A stretch of DNA of 64,000 nucleotides from an uncultured bacterium (GCA_963713955.1 OY970216.1:8075-72074), one strand, 5' to 3'. Positions 46,896-55,638 are shown, numbered from the stretch's first letter. Made by a program: numbers and translations. The notes: generated by a model not told the origin, from the letters alone.

Positions 46896-47261
46896 TTACG
46901 TCTCTTCCTTTTCACGCTTCGGCGTCTCGTGCGGTATCTTTGCCGTATTGATTCCGATCTTCGCCATTCTTCCGCCTCCCGAGAAGAGGAGGAAGACAAA
47001 AAGATATTGGAGAACGATGTCCCCGAGCTTCCCGATGCTTTGGGAGACGACCGGAGGCACGCCGACCGATGTTTCTCCGAGATGGACGTTATTCACCGAA
47101 ACCGTGCTTTGCGCCGCGTCTCCTTTCCCTTCAAGAATGGAGGGGATATTGTTTCCGTGGAACACGCTGAACCCGTACCAGACGCCAAACCCGATTATCG
47201 CCGCTCCTCCTATAATGAGGATTAAGCTTAGGATGACGTAGTATTTCTCCTTGTGCTTCAT
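46896..47261 (-). CDS. Small two-TM membrane protein
   Basis: 121 aa with two hydrophobic segments; last gene of a minus-strand operon. Confidence 0.75.
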   Translation of the reverse strand: MKHKEKYYVILSLILIIGGAAIIGFGVWYGFSVFHGNNIPSILEGKGDAAQSTVSVNNVHLGETSVGVPPVVSQSIGKLGDIVLQYLFVFLLFSGGGRMAKIGINTAKIPHETPKREKEET

Positions 47262-47377
47262 TGAATTTTGATTATCCCGGCGCTATACAGGCCGAATTCG
47301 GCGAGCCAGAGCGCGGCGGATACCAGCACCCAGAACCACCAACGCAGATAGAGTTTGACTTTGGGTTTTTCGTTCAT
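47258..47377 (-). CDS. 39-aa hydrophobic peptide (absent from the ORF track)
   Basis: Manual translation MNEKPKVKLYLRWWFWVLVSAALWLAEFGLYSAGIIKIQ; stop overlaps the next ATG (ATGA). Confidence 0.6.
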   Translation of the reverse strand: MNEKPKVKLYLRWWFWVLVSAALWLAEFGLYSAGIIKIQ

Positions 47378-47393
47378 GATATTTGTTTCAACG

Positions 47394-47546
47394 TCAGCTT
47401 AACGGCTGGTGCAGCGCAAGACGGATCGCACTAACGATAGCCGCAGCCACCAGCCAGCCGACAGCGAGCGCGGAAACGACCTTGAGAACTATTTTAACAA
47501 CCAACCAAAATTTCTTCATGGGTCCGTTTTTGGTTTTTCCGTCCAT
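47394..47546 (-). CDS. 50-aa hydrophobic peptide (absent from the ORF track)
   Basis: Manual translation MDGKTKNGPMKKFWLVVKIVLKVVSALAVGWLVAAAIVSAIRLALHQPLS; starts 4 nt after the previous stop. Confidence 0.55.
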   Translation of the reverse strand: MDGKTKNGPMKKFWLVVKIVLKVVSALAVGWLVAAAIVSAIRLALHQPLS

Positions 47547-47550
47547 AAGT

Positions 47551-47766
47551 TTATTTCGCATTGTTCAACGACGCAGAACTTAGAATGAAGTTCTGGATGA
47601 TGGGGCATCGCTCCGCTTCGTCCGCCGGAACGGTGAACGTGGCGTCCGGCTGGTATTCCTTGAAAGCGCAGTCCACGAGCGAAGGCGACGGCCCCGTTTT
47701 CCAGAGGAGGGTTACGGCGACCAGCAATACTACGATTATTCCCACTAACCAGATGAGAGATTTCAT
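47551..47766 (-). CDS. Small membrane-anchored protein with a Cys pair
   Basis: 71 aa with an N-terminal TM; ATGA overlap with the upstream gene. Confidence 0.7.
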   Translation of the reverse strand: MKSLIWLVGIIVVLLVAVTLLWKTGPSPSLVDCAFKEYQPDATFTVPADEAERCPIIQNFILSSASLNNAK

Positions 47767-48734
47767 TTCGTGAGGTTAATTGGAGCCATGATGATGGTAT
47801 CGCTCGCCCCGCCTTCATCGCCCATGGGGAGCAAGAAAGTTCCGCCACCCCTGTAGAGTTTGCCGTAGTCTCCCTGCTTGTACGAAATGATGGTGTAGCT
47901 CGGCTCGTTCATTATCATCGCGCCGTTTTCGTTCGTGCAGGTTGTGTTAATGGACAATATGCTGTCCGGCGTGAAGTAGGCGGTATTCGTGCTCGTGCTC
48001 TTGAGCGCGACCCAGCCGTTGTTCGCCACGCTGAAAGAGCATCCACTCTTATTCGCGCTCATCGTCACCTTGATCCTTGCGGGTCCGAAGACGTTCAGTC
48101 CTCCCCAGTTGGAGTTTATGATCCCATCGGACTCCAGCACTTCGGCCGAGACGCTCACGTCCTTCGCCGTTGACGATGCCGCAAAGGCGCCGGTCTTCGG
48201 AAGATCGGCACCCCCCGCCGCGTTCACCGCCGCGTCTTCCTCGCTCTTCACATACAGGGCGAGCTTGAACGTTGCGTCCGTGAACTCCTTGACGGCGGGG
48301 CAGCTGTTTAACTTTATGTTTTCGTCAGGCGTGAGGCCGAAGGACGAATCGTTCAAGTATTTGTTCATGTCCGAACCCAAGGCGTCCTTGAGACACTGCT
48401 GCACCGACGGAGGAGCGCCCGTCGAGAGAGTGAGCGCCGTGGTGCTCGTGTTCACGCAGCCGCTACTGCTCATAAGCTTTTGGGTCGAACTGGTTACAAT
48501 CCCTTCGCTGTATGCGGCATTGAAGGCATCGCCCATCTTGGACTGGAGGCAGGCCACGAACTCACTGCTCGTCGAGTAGAGGTCGATAAACGCTTGGAAC
48601 GGGTTCGGCTTCACGACTTGGGGGAGCTTGGCGGCGGCGAATTGCTGGACGGGGCGGTACAGCAAGAAGGCGGTTGCTCCCGCCGCAACAATTACGACGA
48701 TGACTACGCCTAAAATTATTTTGTTTTTGTTCAT
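47763..48734 (-). CDS. Membrane-anchored extracellular protein
   Basis: N-terminal TM, two Cys-bracketed helical repeats (VACLQSKMG / VQQCLKDALG) and a beta-rich C-terminus. Confidence 0.8.
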   Translation of the reverse strand: MNKNKIILGVVIVVIVAAGATAFLLYRPVQQFAAAKLPQVVKPNPFQAFIDLYSTSSEFVACLQSKMGDAFNAAYSEGIVTSSTQKLMSSSGCVNTSTTALTLSTGAPPSVQQCLKDALGSDMNKYLNDSSFGLTPDENIKLNSCPAVKEFTDATFKLALYVKSEEDAAVNAAGGADLPKTGAFAASSTAKDVSVSAEVLESDGIINSNWGGLNVFGPARIKVTMSANKSGCSFSVANNGWVALKSTSTNTAYFTPDSILSINTTCTNENGAMIMNEPSYTIISYKQGDYGKLYRGGGTFLLPMGDEGGASDTIIMAPINLTK

Positions 48735-49112
48735 AAATTTTTAAAGAAAAAAGCTAACCGGCGGGTTCGACGTTTAGCTTTGTGCAGAAACACAAAGCCC
48801 CCAGCCAGTGATCCCTTGCGAGACCCATACCAGTTTCCCGATATGACGATTGCGCGTGCTCTGACTAGGAGCTTTCTATGCGCAATCGTTTTTTAAACCC
48901 TGCCGCAGGCTTTCCTACGGGTTAGGTCTCATATGAAATTGTATGGAGTCAATAGTAACACAACGGCAGGAAAAGGCAAGATTAAAAACGCCCGATTTTA
49001 TATGAAATATCAGGCGGTTGTTACCATAGTCGGCTTGCTCCTTGTATATAAGTTTGCTATACTTTAGTTAACGTAGCAACGAAATGAACAAGCTTTACGA
49101 TATAGTTCAGTA

Positions 49113-49880
49113 CTAGTTGGCTGGTATCGCCAGCTCTACGGCGAACGTGTCTTTTGCTATTCGCTCCGTACCCTTAAATGGCTCTACCAAGTCGTCAAAG
49201 TAATGTAAATTTTCCGGCCGAAGAGTCTCGGATAGATAAGCTTCAGCTCGCGTTTTATCGGCGATGTAATCTTTGGCTAGCTCCCTGTTTTCAGGTTTTT
49301 CTAAAAATCCTTTAAACTGCTTCGGGGTTAACGTACCTCTGTAATAACCCCATTTCCTCGTTAGACAATGTACGAGGTTGTTTTCATTTATAAGCAACTC
49401 GCGGAGTATTCTTTTCTTTAAATCCTTCTCGCCTATCTTGTTTATATCTATCTCATCGATATATGCGATAGCATCCCTGAAAGAAAGCAAGGCATTATTT
49501 ATTTGAGCCAATCTTTTGGAGCCGTGTTTAATACCCTTGTCATGGGCGGCTCCATCGCGGACATTCTCGTATTCATAAATCTCCAAGTGAGATATTCCTA
49601 AAGTGCGGGCCATCTGCGATTTGGATATGCTTCTCTCTTTCTCCCAGTTCTTTGCGTTCTCCTCTAAAATCTGTTTTCTTAATGCCTCGATTTCCTCTCC
49701 GGTCATCTGGAGCAAAAGGTAATTCGCCGCTCCCACGAGTGCTATGATCAGAGCGAGAAACGCCATGAGATTTAAAGCGTCTCCCGGCGAGAAAACTTTA
49801 GGCCATATAAAAGCAGCGAATCCCATTAAGACAACGGCAGCGAGAAATAACCCGATAATCCACCAAAATGTAACTTTCAT
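49113..49880 (-). CDS. Hypothetical protein with two N-terminal TM helices and a helical domain
   Basis: 255-aa AT-rich ORF. Confidence 0.75.
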   Translation of the reverse strand: MKVTFWWIIGLFLAAVVLMGFAAFIWPKVFSPGDALNLMAFLALIIALVGAANYLLLQMTGEEIEALRKQILEENAKNWEKERSISKSQMARTLGISHLEIYEYENVRDGAAHDKGIKHGSKRLAQINNALLSFRDAIAYIDEIDINKIGEKDLKKRILRELLINENNLVHCLTRKWGYYRGTLTPKQFKGFLEKPENRELAKDYIADKTRAEAYLSETLRPENLHYFDDLVEPFKGTERIAKDTFAVELAIPAN

Positions 49881-50145
49881 ATATAAGCTTATTTTTTAAC
49901 AAACCCCTTAGGCTCTTATTATACCACCCCCGTTTGACACCAGCCCACCAAAAATGGTATCCACTATCAGCCCATTACCTCCCCCGCCCGAGCCAATCGG
50001 TGCGGAGGAAGGCGGAGCGCAGGAGAGCTTGCCTTCCGCCTGCCGCAAGATAATCGCTCCCGGTTGTCTTGCGGAGGAATGAAGCTCGTATCATAAAAGA
50101 TATACAATAAAGGGACGCAACGTGCGCCCCTTTTTGTATTTTCTG

Positions 50146-51420
50146 ATGGACGACATCCTCCCCATCGGCAGGACGACCTCCCATTCGAGCGGGCTTGTCT
50201 TCGGAATCCGGACGAGAGACCGGCGACACCACATGTATGTCGTGGGGCAGACCGGCACGGGAAAATCGACTTTGCTCAAGAATATGGCGATAACGGACAT
50301 CCGGGGCGGGCGCGGCTGCGCCGTGATAGACCCGCACGGGGAACTCGTCGAGGACATCCTTAACTTCATTCCTTCTAAGAGGGCGAACGAAGTCGTGTAT
50401 TTCAATCCCTCGGATGTCGAGAATCCCATCGGCTTGAACATTCTCGAAGCGAGGGACGAGGAGGAAAAGCAACTGGTCGCCTCGTCCTTGATCTCGGTAT
50501 TCAAACACCTATGGAAGGGGTTCTGGGGGCCTCGGCTGGAACACGTCTTCCATAACGCCATATTAGCTCTTATGGATACGCCGGGGAGCACCCTCCTCGG
50601 CGTTTATCGTATGCTCGCGGACGACGATTACCGCCGCCTCGTCGTTTCCCACGCGAAAGACCCCATAGTTAGGTTGTTCTGGGAAAAGGACTTCGACGAA
50701 TATCCGCCTCAATTCCGCAAAGAGGTCGCCTCTCCTATCCAGAACAAGATCGGGCAATTGCTCACGAACACGCCCTTGCGGAATATCGTGGGACAGACGA
50801 CGAGCACGATTGATCTCAAATACATCATGGATAACCGGAGAGTCCTTCTCGTGAACCTCGCGAAAGGCAGAATCGGAGAAGACAAGGCGAACCTTCTCGG
50901 GTCCGTCCTCGTTACCAAGCTCTATTTGGCCGCTTTGGAGAGGCAGGCGATCCCGGAGGAGGAACGCAAGGACTTCTACCTCTACGTTGACGAGTTCCAG
51001 AACTTCTCGACGGACGTGTTTCCTTCGATACTCTCGGAGGCGAGGAAATACCGGCTGAACCTCATCTTGGCTCACCAGTATCTCCACCAGTTGACCGACG
51101 AGGTGCGGCACGCCGTCTTCGGAAACGTGGGCACTTTGGTCGCTTTCCGCGTGGGGAGCATAGACGCGGAGGAACTCGCAAGAGAGTTCCTGCCCTCGTT
51201 CGGGAGGAGCGACCTCGAATGCGAGGACAACTACCACACTTATATTAAATTGATGATCGACGGCAAGCGTTCGCTTCCCTTCTCGGCGGAAACGCTCCCG
51301 CCCCTCTGCCTTATGGGCGACGAGGCGAAGAAAGACATTCTGATTCAGGTTTCACGGGAGCGTTTCGCTTCAAAAAGATGCGAGATCGAATCCAAAATCG
51401 AAAAATGGATTGGCAGGTGA
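50146..51420 (+). CDS. VirD4/TraD-like ATPase, copy 2
   Basis: HMYVVGQTGTGKS, VIDPHGEL, LYVDEFQNF, SEARKYRLNLILAHQY and VFGNVGT; start set at ATG 50146. Confidence 0.9.
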   Translation: MDDILPIGRTTSHSSGLVFGIRTRDRRHHMYVVGQTGTGKSTLLKNMAITDIRGGRGCAVIDPHGELVEDILNFIPSKRANEVVYFNPSDVENPIGLNILEARDEEEKQLVASSLISVFKHLWKGFWGPRLEHVFHNAILALMDTPGSTLLGVYRMLADDDYRRLVVSHAKDPIVRLFWEKDFDEYPPQFRKEVASPIQNKIGQLLTNTPLRNIVGQTTSTIDLKYIMDNRRVLLVNLAKGRIGEDKANLLGSVLVTKLYLAALERQAIPEEERKDFYLYVDEFQNFSTDVFPSILSEARKYRLNLILAHQYLHQLTDEVRHAVFGNVGTLVAFRVGSIDAEELAREFLPSFGRSDLECEDNYHTYIKLMIDGKRSLPFSAETLPPLCLMGDEAKKDILIQVSRERFASKRCEIESKIEKWIGR

Positions 51421-51502
51421 TCCATTTTTCGCTCGTTTGTTCCTCGGCCATGCGGGCCTTGAGCTGTTTTTTTATTTCCTCCCTTTTTCCTTCCCTTTTC
51501 CT

Positions 51503-51907
51503 TCCGGCCTCGGGAGCATCTCTGACGCGCGACGTGAAGCAGAGGCCGCCCCCCATTCCTTCCCTTCGACCCTTCCCATGGGGGCGGCCTCTGCGGGAGA
51601 CGAGCCGACGCACCGGTAAGGGGCGGAGGCGAGTATTGTCGGGGACAAGGTTTTCGAGGAAAGCCCGGTGGAATCTGGACGAAAGAGGGGTGAGGGTAGT
51701 CAATCGTGATTGACGGGGTGATTGACTAGGCTCGGGGGTATCCAAAATCAGAAATTTTGGGTAAAATAGGTCTTAACTGCTCCGTATAAATACTCAAGTT
51801 TCACACAAAGGTTATTTTCCCCAAAATTTTCACGGGCTTCGCGGAGCGAAGCATAAGGTTTGATGGGGCTAAATACGATGCGACGGTTTTTTAGAGAGAG
51901 GTTCGAG
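51503..51907 (-). other. Inverted internal copy of the element's excision junction (attP-like)
   Basis: Minus strand equals 54189-54303 (115 bp) fused through TTGAG to 39598-39892 (295 bp). Confidence 0.88.
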
Positions 51908-51986
51908 AGTTAAGGGTATAACACTTGCCCCACACCACCCGTGCGCGTGTTATGAATCTTGCTGATTTGATAATCAGCTACTCCCT

Positions 51987-52526
51987 TTAGATCACTAACT
52001 TCCCGTTATTTGCGACATATGCGGATAAGGTTATCAGATTCGTAATTGCGATGACGAAATTCGTTTTGTGGAGAGTTTGGCCGACACCCAAATTATCCAA
52101 ATCTTTTGCGTGTTGCTTCTCGTGGAAATAATAGCCATAGAGCCATTTCTTTATCACGTCCTCGCCAGTTTCAGATTTACTATTAATAATCATTTTTATG
52201 GTGGGTTCTTTCATTAGTGATGCGTAGATATCCTTACATTTTTGAAGATTATTAATGATCTTCTGATCTGTAGTATTGGCGATAAGCAAATCGCAGATAT
52301 CCGGCAGATACACACCATCTTTCTTAAGAGTAAATTTCCTCAAGTCCAAAAGCATTGAACGCAAATCTTCCTCATCGAAGCCCGTGGTTTCTTGCTTGAG
52401 AGGTTGTCCTGCTTCAAAGTTTAATTGATAGCCGACTTTTTTGGTTTCCCTCGTAAACCTTGCGTTCTTCACTTTTTCAACGATAGAAATAAACTGCTCG
52501 ACCTTCTCCTTATTTGACGGGTTCAT
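51987..52526 (-). CDS. Hypothetical protein co-transcribed with xre
   Basis: 179-aa AT-rich ORF starting 6 nt after the xre stop; no family recognised with certainty. Confidence 0.75.
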   Translation of the reverse strand: MNPSNKEKVEQFISIVEKVKNARFTRETKKVGYQLNFEAGQPLKQETTGFDEEDLRSMLLDLRKFTLKKDGVYLPDICDLLIANTTDQKIINNLQKCKDIYASLMKEPTIKMIINSKSETGEDVIKKWLYGYYFHEKQHAKDLDNLGVGQTLHKTNFVIAITNLITLSAYVANNGKLVI

Positions 52527-52532
52527 GTCTAA

Positions 52533-52742
52533 TTATAAAAGGTCTTTAGGTCTTATACCTAACGCTTTTGCAATCTTTTCTATGTTCTTGAGTGTTGGGT
52601 TTCTTTCGCCGCGCTCTATCTGACTGATATAGGTTGAATGAACGCCCAAACTTCTCGCAATATCTCCTTGCGATAATTGCTTCTTGAGGCGGATGGCCTT
52701 GATCTGCTTTCTAACTCTTGTGGATATGTCCGTGTTCGCCAT
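52533..52742 (-). CDS. Xre-family HTH transcriptional regulator
   Basis: LSQGDIARSLGVHSTYISQIERGERNPTLKNIEKIAKALG. Confidence 0.93.
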   Translation of the reverse strand: MANTDISTRVRKQIKAIRLKKQLSQGDIARSLGVHSTYISQIERGERNPTLKNIEKIAKALGIRPKDLL

Positions 52743-52812
52743 TGTTTTCATTATTATCATAACAGTTGCCGTGCTATTGCTCTATGGAACGCAAATGCTC
52801 TATAATAGAACC

Positions 52813-54390
52813 ATGTCTACTTACTTCCTCTACGCCCGCAAATCGACCGACGTTGAAGACAAGCAAGTCCGGTCGATTGACGATCAGCTTTCAGTGCTTC
52901 GTACCCTTGCAAAAGACGAGGGACTACACATCGTTTCCGAGTTTGTGGAGAAGCAGTCCGCCAAGATGCCCGGTCGCCCCGTATTCAATAACATGCTTTC
53001 CCGCATTGAGAAAGGAGAGGCGCAAGGCATCGTCTGTTGGAAACTAGATCGGCTTGCCAGAAATCCGGCGGACGGCGGCACGATACAATGGATGCTCCAG
53101 CGGGGCATCATCCAACATATCCAAACCTACGAAAAGAGTTATAAGACAGCCGACAACACGCTATTGATGAGCGTGGAGTTCGGGATGGCGAACCAGTTCA
53201 TTCTTGACTTGGCTGCGAACACCAAGCGCGGCCTCTATGAGAAAGTGAAGCGTGGCGAATATCCTTCGCTTGCCCCTATCGGATACTTGAACGACCGGGT
53301 GAGGAAAACCGTCGTTGTGGACAGGGCGACGGCGAAGATCGTCCGTGCCGCGTTTGAACTCTATGCCGAAGGCAACTCACGATTGGAAGACATATCCGCA
53401 TTTTTTGCCAAACATCACATCTATTCCGAGAACGGCAAACCTTTGAAACGCGACCGGATAACCTACATCCTCTCGAATCCCTTTTATATCGGTTTCTTCC
53501 GCTACGCAAAAGAGCTTCACGAGGGAAAGCACAAGCCCCTCATTTCCAAGACTCTTTTCGACAAGGTGCAAGCCGTCTTAAAAGGGAGGGGCAGACCTCA
53601 TCACAAATTGCAGAACGAGCCGAAACCTCTTTGCGGACTGCTCTACTGCGCCGAGTGCGGATGCGCGATCACCGGAGAGGAAAAGGTGAAGCACCAGAAG
53701 AACGGCAACGTCCACACCTACCGCTATTATCGTTGCACGAAAAAGAAAGGTGCCTGTTCCCAGCCAAACGTTCGAGAGGAAAACCTTACTTTGCAACTAT
53801 CCGAGGCTATCAGACCATTCGCCCTTCCGTACGAATGGGCGGCGGAGCTTTCAAAGAAAGCTGATATGGATGAGCAAGTTACCCTCACATCTTCCGCCGC
53901 CCAGAGCCAAACGATACGGGACGAGATAACGGCCGTTTCCCAAAAGATCAAGCGACTTCACGCGATGTATCTAGACCAAGACATTGAACGGGAAAGCTTC
54001 CTTGAGGAGAAGGCGAATCTGCTTTCCCAGAAGAAGTCGCTCACGGAGAAAATGGCTGATGTTTCAAAGGGGGTGATCGCTTGGCTCGAACCGATGCGGG
54101 AATGGATAAAAGACGCGTCAAATCTGAACGATTTCGACGAAACCGCCTCTCTTTCCCTCACTAAGTCGTATACTCTTAAAATTTTCGGCTCGAACCTCTC
54201 TCTAAAAAACCGTCGCATCGTATTTAGCCCCATCAAACCTTATGCTTCGCTCCGCGAAGCCCGTGAAAATTTTGGGGAAAATAACCTTTGTGTGAAACTT
54301 GAGCGGGTAAGGGGAGTCGAACCCCTCTCATCAGCTTGGAAAGCTGAGGTAATGCCGATATACGATACCCGCCAACATCTTTTATCTTAA
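52813..54390 (+). CDS. Large serine recombinase (resolvase, recombinase and zinc-ribbon domains)
   Basis: YARKS catalytic motif, KLDRLARN, APIGY, LYCAECG..YYRC...C and a coiled coil; start set at ATG 52813; 3' end reads through tRNA-Gly antisense. Confidence 0.95.
   Translation: MSTYFLYARKSTDVEDKQVRSIDDQLSVLRTLAKDEGLHIVSEFVEKQSAKMPGRPVFNNMLSRIEKGEAQGIVCWKLDRLARNPADGGTIQWMLQRGIIQHIQTYEKSYKTADNTLLMSVEFGMANQFILDLAANTKRGLYEKVKRGEYPSLAPIGYLNDRVRKTVVVDRATAKIVRAAFELYAEGNSRLEDISAFFAKHHIYSENGKPLKRDRITYILSNPFYIGFFRYAKELHEGKHKPLISKTLFDKVQAVLKGRGRPHHKLQNEPKPLCGLLYCAECGCAITGEEKVKHQKNGNVHTYRYYRCTKKKGACSQPNVREENLTLQLSEAIRPFALPYEWAAELSKKADMDEQVTLTSSAAQSQTIRDEITAVSQKIKRLHAMYLDQDIERESFLEEKANLLSQKKSLTEKMADVSKGVIAWLEPMREWIKDASNLNDFDETASLSLTKSYTLKIFGSNLSLKNRRIVFSPIKPYASLREARENFGENNLCVKLERVRGVEPLSSAWKAEVMPIYDTRQHLLS
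54302..54372 (-). tRNA. tRNA-Gly (TCC), integration target
   Basis: GCGGGTATCGTATATCGGCATTACCTCAGCTT-TCC-AAGCTGA...GTTCGACTCCCCTTACCCGCT. Confidence 0.95.
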
Positions 54391-54458
54391 ATAAACATCG
54401 GCTTTTCTACAAGATGCATATCTGGAAAAGGCCTAGATTTGGTGCTAAAGTCAGAAAT

Positions 54459-55076
54459 ATGAAATTTAAGGTGAATGATCAAGAAAACATCCAAAAGAAA
54501 GTCATCCTCCTCGTCCTGCCCATACTTATCATCGTTGCTCTCTCCGTTTATTACGTAACGGCGGGGGGCAAATCTGGGGGACCTCCCAAAGACTTCGTAG
54601 AAGCCAGGCAAAGCGTTTCCGCCATCAGCAAAGACATCGTAAATCTTAATGTACAAATCTCAAACCAGATAAAGGCGATCCAGGACGCTGAAACGGCAAA
54701 GAACGAAAGCAAGGTTCTCTCGCTCATAGGAGAAGCAAAACAAATCAACTCACAATCGTACAAAAAGGCGGAGGATTTGTCCTACGGCCTGGAAAACATG
54801 ACGAAATCCATAAGCGGCATTCCCTCTTCTCAAAGCCAAGAGTTGGCTTCGGAAGCGGTCTCGACGGAAATAACGCTGGCCGATGAGTTTATATCCTACA
54901 CACAAATGCTGGATAATTTTTTCAATCTTCTCTCCATAGCGGCGACGAGCGACAGCCCAGCCCTGGAGAGCGACATCAAAACCAGCCTCGGCGAAATAAA
55001 CAAAAAGGTTGACGAAATCAACGGTCTCAACCAGACGTTTATCCAAAAAATGCAGGTCTTCGATAACTCTTTATAA
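54459..55076 (+). CDS. Membrane-anchored helical hypothetical protein
   Basis: One N-terminal TM followed by coiled-coil-like sequence. Confidence 0.75.
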   Translation: MKFKVNDQENIQKKVILLVLPILIIVALSVYYVTAGGKSGGPPKDFVEARQSVSAISKDIVNLNVQISNQIKAIQDAETAKNESKVLSLIGEAKQINSQSYKKAEDLSYGLENMTKSISGIPSSQSQELASEAVSTEITLADEFISYTQMLDNFFNLLSIAATSDSPALESDIKTSLGEINKKVDEINGLNQTFIQKMQVFDNSL

Positions 55077-55078
55077 AA

Positions 55079-55429
55079 ATGAAAGCCCTCGGAAGATTCA
55101 TACTTCACATCATCTCGAACGCAATTGGGATACTCGTCGCCGGCTACCTCATCCCGGGGTTTTTCTCGGGCGGTCTCGCCGAGCTTACCGTGGCCGCTTT
55201 CATACTCACCGTCATTAATACGTTTTTGAAGCCGATCGTGAAACTCGTGAGCAGTCCCCTCATACTCCTCACCTTCGGGTTGTTCACCATCGTCATCAAC
55301 GCGATCATGATATACATTCTTGACATACTGAGTAGCGCGATTACAATTCAAGGGATACCGGAACTCGTCATCGTGACACTTATCATAAGCATCGTGAACT
55401 TCGTGTTCGGTTCGCCGACAAAAAAATGA
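55079..55429 (+). CDS. Phage holin family 4 / YvlD-like membrane protein
   Basis: INTFLKPIVKL..PLILLTFGLFTIVINA. Confidence 0.85.
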   Translation: MKALGRFILHIISNAIGILVAGYLIPGFFSGGLAELTVAAFILTVINTFLKPIVKLVSSPLILLTFGLFTIVINAIMIYILDILSSAITIQGIPELVIVTLIISIVNFVFGSPTKK

Positions 55430-55638
55430 TTTTGGTTCTCCAGATAATAACATCCATCATATTGATAGTGCTCGTCATCATCCAAGAGAGGGCCAGCGGC
55501 ATCTCCGGCGTTTTCGGCGGACAGGGCGCCACTCCTTATCAGACAAGAAGAGGGCTGGAAAAAACCATTTATTACGCGACCATAGCTTTCGCCGTCATTT
55601 TCGGCGCACTGGCGGTGGTGAATCTCCTCCAGCACTAA
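55426..55638 (+). CDS. secG: Preprotein translocase subunit SecG
   Basis: Two TMs; IIQERASGISGVFGG...TRRGLEK. Confidence 0.9.
   Translation: MILVLQIITSIILIVLVIIQERASGISGVFGGQGATPYQTRRGLEKTIYYATIAFAVIFGALAVVNLLQH

Larger units (their letters stand above)
39598..54303. mobile_element. Integrative, probably mobilizable element at tRNA-Gly, about 14.7 kb, carrying a DGR
   Basis: Large serine recombinase and Xre at the tRNA end; TTGAG core at 39598-39602 and 54299-54303; internal copy of the fused junction; relaxase-like and VirD4-like genes. Confidence 0.88.

Noticed and set aside
52684-52812. N-terminal extension of the recombinase ORF in the track
   Set aside because: It overlaps the divergent xre gene; the YARKS motif and the TATAAT position support ATG 52813.
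55079-55429. Holin as evidence of a prophage
   Set aside because: YvlD-like proteins are common chromosomal genes; this one lies outside the element beside secG, and no phage structural genes are present.
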